Assembly: GCA_031256395.1 (NCBI GenBank)
Contig: JAIRQQ010000086.1
Coordinates: 37,420-101,419, forward strand
Origin: Nitrososphaerota archaeon
GTDB lineage: Archaea > Thermoproteota > Bathyarchaeia > Bathyarchaeales > Bathycorpusculaceae
Length of the DNA: 64,000 nt
Reading direction: 5' to 3'
Position numbers and translations under genes: made by a program. How positions within the stretch are numbered: position 1 is the first letter of the stretch; every line of letters begins with the position of its first letter. The notes under the pieces are model-generated. The model made no database searches and was not told the origin of the DNA. It saw only the letters and a list, made by a program, of their open reading frames with translations. This document shows positions 59,412 through 64,000 of this stretch, in pieces.

Positions 59412-60869
59412 CTATATGCATCGGTTCTTTGACCGCAAAAACAGCTCGGTTATGTATTGATCAACGGGTTTTTCGCTATTTTTAGCAATACGTTTCACGG
59501 CATCATTAATACCTGTGGAGTACTGTACTGCCTTTTTGGGTTTATCTGCAATGATCGCGGGTAAACCGAGATTTTGGGCGGCTCTGCGCAAAACCAGTTT
59601 ACGCAAGGTGTCTTCGTTTGGTTCGAGTTTACATTCAAGCGGTAAGCCTAACGCAAACTCGGCTATGGCATATGAAGCAAAGGGGCACCGCAACTCTACA
59701 TCATAGAAACCCATGAGCTTTCGATCCCGCTCCAGATTATTCTCATGCATACTGACAACATCTTGATACATAGTTTTGCGGGTACTCTCCGTGCCGTCTT
59801 TACAGGCTTGGTTGACATAGCGCTGATAGCCGCCAAACAATTCGTCTGCTCCCTGTCCTGCTAGCACCACTTTAAACTTGGACTGTACTGCCTGTTCTGC
59901 AACCCAGTAAAAAGACACTCCGATGGCTGCTTTTATAGGATCAGGCTCCTCAATAAGCGTCACAACACTGGGCAGGGCCGCTTCAACATCGGTGTCTTTG
60001 AAGAGCTCTATTTGCATAGGCAAATCCAGTGCCTGAGCAGCATCAATGGCTTCCTCTGTTTCCGGTTGGTTTTCCAAACTAACATGGAGCAAACTAACCC
60101 GCTTGCCCTCTTTGGCAGCTAAATAGGCCAAAAGACTACTATCCAAACCCCCCGAGAACGCAACCGCTACCTCTTTTTCTAAATCTGCAACTCGACGCCG
60201 AACAGATTCCACTAAAAGCGTTTGGAGGGTTTGGGCCGCCTCTTCAAGGGTTATCTGCTTAGGTTCCACATAACTTGGAATTTTAATTGGTCTAAAGCTA
60301 AACCCAGTTTTATCTGCAAATCCCAGTGTTCCTGGCGCAAAAGACTTGGGCTCTTCAATACCCAGCTTCCAAAGTGCCGCTCGGCTGGTAGCATAGGCCA
60401 CGATGTCACGATTCTCACCAAAATAGAGCGGCTGTATACCCATGACATCTCTGCCAGCCATTATTGTACCCTCTTTTAGCATCCAAAATGCATAATCCCC
60501 CTCCGCTTCCCCCAGCAGTGTCTGCAAAGAGGCCTCACCCTGCTTAGCACTCTGCCCAATTTGTGTAAGATAGCCTGCCTTGGGTATTGGAGCATAGATT
60601 TGTCCCTCAAACAGCACCGATGCATCCCCTAAGGGTAGAAAATCATATCCTGCTGCTGTTTTGGATTGTGTGGTAGCAAACCCTGCCGCTACAGCGGTGT
60701 CAGTGCTCTGTTTGCTGAGCAGTGCAAGATTTTTGTCAAAATTTCCCTTCTTTGATGTCATGAGCCCAAAATTCAATGGCTGTCCAACATCCACACTTTT
60801 AAGAACATCTAACACCGGTTCGATAACACTCTTGCCTTCCTTACTCAAAACAGCAACAGTAACCTTCAC
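59412..60869 (-). CDS. Asparagine synthetase B-like protein with degenerate glutaminase domain
   Basis: RDVMGIQPLY, VAFSGGLDSS, GQGADELFGGY, KKAVQYSTG; no N-terminal Cys. Confidence 0.85.
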   Translation of the reverse strand: MKVTVAVLSKEGKSVIEPVLDVLKSVDVGQPLNFGLMTSKKGNFDKNLALLSKQSTDTAVAAGFATTQSKTAAGYDFLPLGDASVLFEGQIYAPIPKAGYLTQIGQSAKQGEASLQTLLGEAEGDYAFWMLKEGTIMAGRDVMGIQPLYFGENRDIVAYATSRAALWKLGIEEPKSFAPGTLGFADKTGFSFRPIKIPSYVEPKQITLEEAAQTLQTLLVESVRRRVADLEKEVAVAFSGGLDSSLLAYLAAKEGKRVSLLHVSLENQPETEEAIDAAQALDLPMQIELFKDTDVEAALPSVVTLIEEPDPIKAAIGVSFYWVAEQAVQSKFKVVLAGQGADELFGGYQRYVNQACKDGTESTRKTMYQDVVSMHENNLERDRKLMGFYDVELRCPFASYAIAEFALGLPLECKLEPNEDTLRKLVLRRAAQNLGLPAIIADKPKKAVQYSTGINDAVKRIAKNSEKPVDQYITELFLRSKNRCI

Positions 60870-61258
60870 ATCAACAACTCCATACCAGTGCTAATACATG
60901 CTAAAACATTAACCTTGAGCAGCAACTATCACAAGACAAAATCACAACTAACCCAAAACCCATAGAAGTCGTATTTAGCCTAAGAAGCAAAGATGAGTTC
61001 TCGTGTGACTAAATATCTGATAAGCGCCTGCTGTACCCTTTTTTGTTTGATGGAGGTTATTTTCGATAAACTGAAACATAGATTAACTGTCGGTTTTTAT
61101 TTTATTTTTGGTGTATTTCGTCTTTGTGTGTTTATCTCAAGTTTTGATATACTATGTGCTTAAAATGTGTTAATCATTAACAAAAAGAAAATTTTATAAG
61201 TTGAATCTGCTAATCTAATACACACTGTGTGTCATTTTCTAGATTGGCGGAAACGTAT

Positions 61259-62242
61259 ATGGTTAAAAAAATCCAAAAATGTCTAATAATTCTTCTTCTT
61301 AGTATCCTTCTATGTTCTGCGGCTTGCTCGGCTATGTTACAAAGTACCTCTGCTCAAGATTTGACTCCTACTATAAAAGGCCTAAACATATTACACGACG
61401 TACTTGGCCTTGACTTAGAAAAATACACCATCGCAATCACCACAGACAGTTGGACTATCCCCTTAACGGTTCCACGTGACTATTGGACTACCGATACTGT
61501 AATCTACACCCTCACCTCTGCTGAGAGCCAGCTAAAAATAAAGGTCTCCTTTGGAAACGGCTATTTCCGATTCGTAGAAGTGCTTGAAAATCAAGGCGCA
61601 TCGGAACTAAAACTAATCGATAACGACACAGCAAACATCCAACCGTTCTTTGAGGCTTATCAGAAATACTTTGTAGCTACCTACAAATACCAAGCAAGAC
61701 CCATCCTTGGAGAACTAAGCCCCTGCCTAAATGATGTAGACATAACCAATAACTATACCAAAACAGTTGGCGATAGACAATTTGACGTATTTGTATATGA
61801 TGATACCAACCGAACCGAATTTAGGTGGATCTATCTCACAACTCTGTACTTTGATTATGGCCCTGATAGTTCGGCATCTTTCATTTATGACCAGGAAAGT
61901 TTTGTAGCATTAAAGTTCACTGATGGCTTTTTAACTGAATTTGCAGACATCTACCCTGTTCCCGGTCCTCCTGACTCTATCCTCAGTCCCAGCCCCGAAC
62001 CAAGTTCAAGTCCCACTAGTTCTATCTCAGGAACGGATGTTAAGTCAAATATGACTGCACCCCAGCCTAGTACGATTAGCAAAGTTGGCGTAGAAAATCC
62101 GGATGCCGCTTTGGCTTCTAGTGTGGGTATTGGTGTATCTTTAGAGGGTGGAGTTTTAGCAGTTCTAATAACGGCTGTTGTTTTGGTTGGCATTTCTTTT
62201 TTTATCACAAAAAGAAAAAAAGCCCCAATTAAAGAATTCTAA
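61259..62242 (+). CDS. Secreted, TM-anchored hypothetical protein
   Basis: Signal peptide, Pro/Ser linker, TM plus KRKK; homologous to 47792..49096. Confidence 0.75.
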   Translation: MVKKIQKCLIILLLSILLCSAACSAMLQSTSAQDLTPTIKGLNILHDVLGLDLEKYTIAITTDSWTIPLTVPRDYWTTDTVIYTLTSAESQLKIKVSFGNGYFRFVEVLENQGASELKLIDNDTANIQPFFEAYQKYFVATYKYQARPILGELSPCLNDVDITNNYTKTVGDRQFDVFVYDDTNRTEFRWIYLTTLYFDYGPDSSASFIYDQESFVALKFTDGFLTEFADIYPVPGPPDSILSPSPEPSSSPTSSISGTDVKSNMTAPQPSTISKVGVENPDAALASSVGIGVSLEGGVLAVLITAVVLVGISFFITKRKKAPIKEF

Positions 62243-62510
62243 ATACCCCACCCAACGATTTTACCCTCTAACCGCATATTTATGACAAAACAAAATCTGC
62301 CAAAACAAAATTGATGCTAAACTTTGACAAGTTGCTCTGCTGGTAGTGTTTTGTTGTTTGGTGGGTAACTATTTCTAATAATCGTTAGTAGTGTGTGTTG
62401 TGGAAATTTATCTTCTATTGGCTTTTCAGGTATTGCTATGTTTTGTTGCAAGATTTTGCTGATATTTTGCTGGCAATTAATGTGTAAATAGTAAACTTCG
62501 AAGTGAGTTG

Positions 62511-64000
62511 TTAGAAATCAAATAGTCCTTTCTGCTGGGTTTCTTGGGGTGCCTTAGTTGTGGCTGGGAGGTCTTCCCACTCAGTTTTTTTGTCATAGCC
62601 GCCGACTTGTTCTTTGATTTTTTTAGCTAAGCGTGGACCCACTGATGGTAGAGCTGTGAGTTCTTCAATGGAGGCCTGTTTGAGGTCTTCCATGGTTTGA
62701 AAACCGGCATTAAAGATTATGCGCCCGCGAACTCTACCCACTCCCTCCAAGGCAACAATGGGCATCAATTCGCGCTTTATACCCATAGACACCCGCTCAA
62801 CTAGTTCATTGCTCAGCTCAGTTACCTCTTTGTTTTTGTTTGTAATTATTGGTGAGAGTCTCTCAACGGCATGGAGTAGCCACTTTGCGCTCTCAATGGT
62901 ACGATAGAGATCTCCCGGCTGGACATTAAAGCGCTCCAAGAGCTTATCCTCAGAGGTTTCCTCTATCCAAGCATTAAGCACCATTGCCATTTTAACCTCT
63001 CCTAAAAAGTCCGCGTAGCCGATGTAGTCTCGTTGACTGGGTGTTTCTACTAACATCTCCTGTTGGTGTTCCTCAAGGGTGTCTGCAAGTTTTTCCATTT
63101 CCCGCTGATAGGGCCTCATAATCGGTCCCATATCGGGAGTATGCGCAATAAGTTGCAGTAAACTAAACTCGGTGAGCACTGGTGGTTTGGTTTGTAGTGC
63201 ATCTCGGATAATTATGCCGCTAAGTGGATCGATGTAGAGCTCACTTATCCGCTTACCCAACTTGGTTGCGTTTATATCTTTACCCACTACGTATATCATT
63301 TCTTCATCATGAAGGAACCGAAGAATTTTGGCGATGACATTTTGAATCGCTTTAACATCATATTGGTAGGCATAGAAGGTTTTGCGGAAAAACTCATAGA
63401 TCTCCTCTTCGGTATGCGCATAGTCACTGGCAATGGTTGAGAGAACATGGGTGCGAAGGATTTTCTCAACTGCGAGGCGTGACCAAATGCGTTCGGGTTT
63501 GGCTAGGACATAGTTTTCCATAACAAAATCGGCTTCATCGGCGGTTTTAGCCACAATAACTGATTCGCCAAATTTGTCGTATTTTGGTCTGCCTGCGCGG
63601 CCTGCCATTTGTTTGTAATCCAAAACGGGTATGGGATAGTTGCCTAAGCCTGCTTCGAAGCGACGGTAGTCTTGGATGATAACTGTGCGTGCGGGTAGGT
63701 TGACTCCCCAAGCAAGCGTTGGGGTTGCAGTTAGTACTTTGATTTTGCGGTCTTTAAATCCCTGCTCGATGATGCTTCGCTGGGCTCCGGATAATCCTGC
63801 GTGGTGATAGGCTACTCCGTTGCGTACCAAGTCTGCGAGTTCTTCTCCTATCTGGGTGTGTTCGCCTGATTCTAAGATTTTGTGTGCTTCTTTTTCAAGG
63901 GCGCTTTTGGTTTGTTCTTCGAGGCTTTTTTTGACTATTTTTGAGCCGGTTTTGGGTATGAGGATTTTGTCCATGTGGCTGGCAACTTGTTTTGCTGCCG
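62511..64000 (-). CDS. hel308: Hel308/Ski2-like SF2 helicase (5' part outside window)
   Basis: YHHAGL, ATPTLAWGVNLPA, QMAGRAGRP, C-terminal HhH GVGRVRGR. Confidence 0.93.
   Translation of the reverse strand, partial: AAKQVASHMDKILIPKTGSKIVKKSLEEQTKSALEKEAHKILESGEHTQIGEELADLVRNGVAYHHAGLSGAQRSIIEQGFKDRKIKVLTATPTLAWGVNLPARTVIIQDYRRFEAGLGNYPIPVLDYKQMAGRAGRPKYDKFGESVIVAKTADEADFVMENYVLAKPERIWSRLAVEKILRTHVLSTIASDYAHTEEEIYEFFRKTFYAYQYDVKAIQNVIAKILRFLHDEEMIYVVGKDINATKLGKRISELYIDPLSGIIIRDALQTKPPVLTEFSLLQLIAHTPDMGPIMRPYQREMEKLADTLEEHQQEMLVETPSQRDYIGYADFLGEVKMAMVLNAWIEETSEDKLLERFNVQPGDLYRTIESAKWLLHAVERLSPIITNKNKEVTELSNELVERVSMGIKRELMPIVALEGVGRVRGRIIFNAGFQTMEDLKQASIEELTALPSVGPRLAKKIKEQVGGYDKKTEWEDLPATTKAPQETQQKGLFDF

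Noticed and set aside
78-63974. Many antisense or overlapping ORFs in the track (e.g. 78..437, 15733..16140, 26193..26672, 42031..42486, 47620..47907, 50385..50792, 57165..57587)
   Set aside because: They are shadows of well-supported genes on the other strand or frame, with no motifs; strong strand skew lengthens such ORFs.

Overview
Archaeal chromosomal segment (eL40, Alba, archaeal NusA, Elf1-like, GPN GTPase, Hel308, archaeal-type AspRS, MtrH plus corrinoid protein). Gene content suggests Bathyarchaeia, possibly a gut-associated lineage given the InlB-repeat and thioester-type surface proteins; this is inference only. It has two tRNAs (Gly-TCC, Arg-CCG), about 55 CDS, and no CRISPR array, integrase or transposase. 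The most notable region is a ~20 kb locus (21.5-41.6 kb) with five paralogous ~770-aa polytopic GT-C/STT3-like proteins in two subtypes (two B-to-A tandem pairs plus a lone B), two close paralogs of B12-dependent radical SAM enzymes, a cap-less corrinoid protein plus MtrH, a twitch/SPASM radical SAM, an apparently circularly permuted CE4 deacetylase, a GT4 and a possible GT2 remnant. Together these suggest an uncharacterised cell-envelope glycan or glycolipid assembly and radical methylation system. Other highlights: a class II thioester-domain (TED) adhesin-like protein in an archaeon, a five-gene KGG/GsiB stress array, a divergent GlpX plus DUF2090 aldolase operon, a bacterial-type MetK, twin Cys4 TIM-barrel proteins beside CbiZ, two adjacent secreted-protein genes with broken signal peptides, and kb-scale flips in G+T versus C+A strand skew. 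All family assignments come from motif recognition by eye; no database searches were run.
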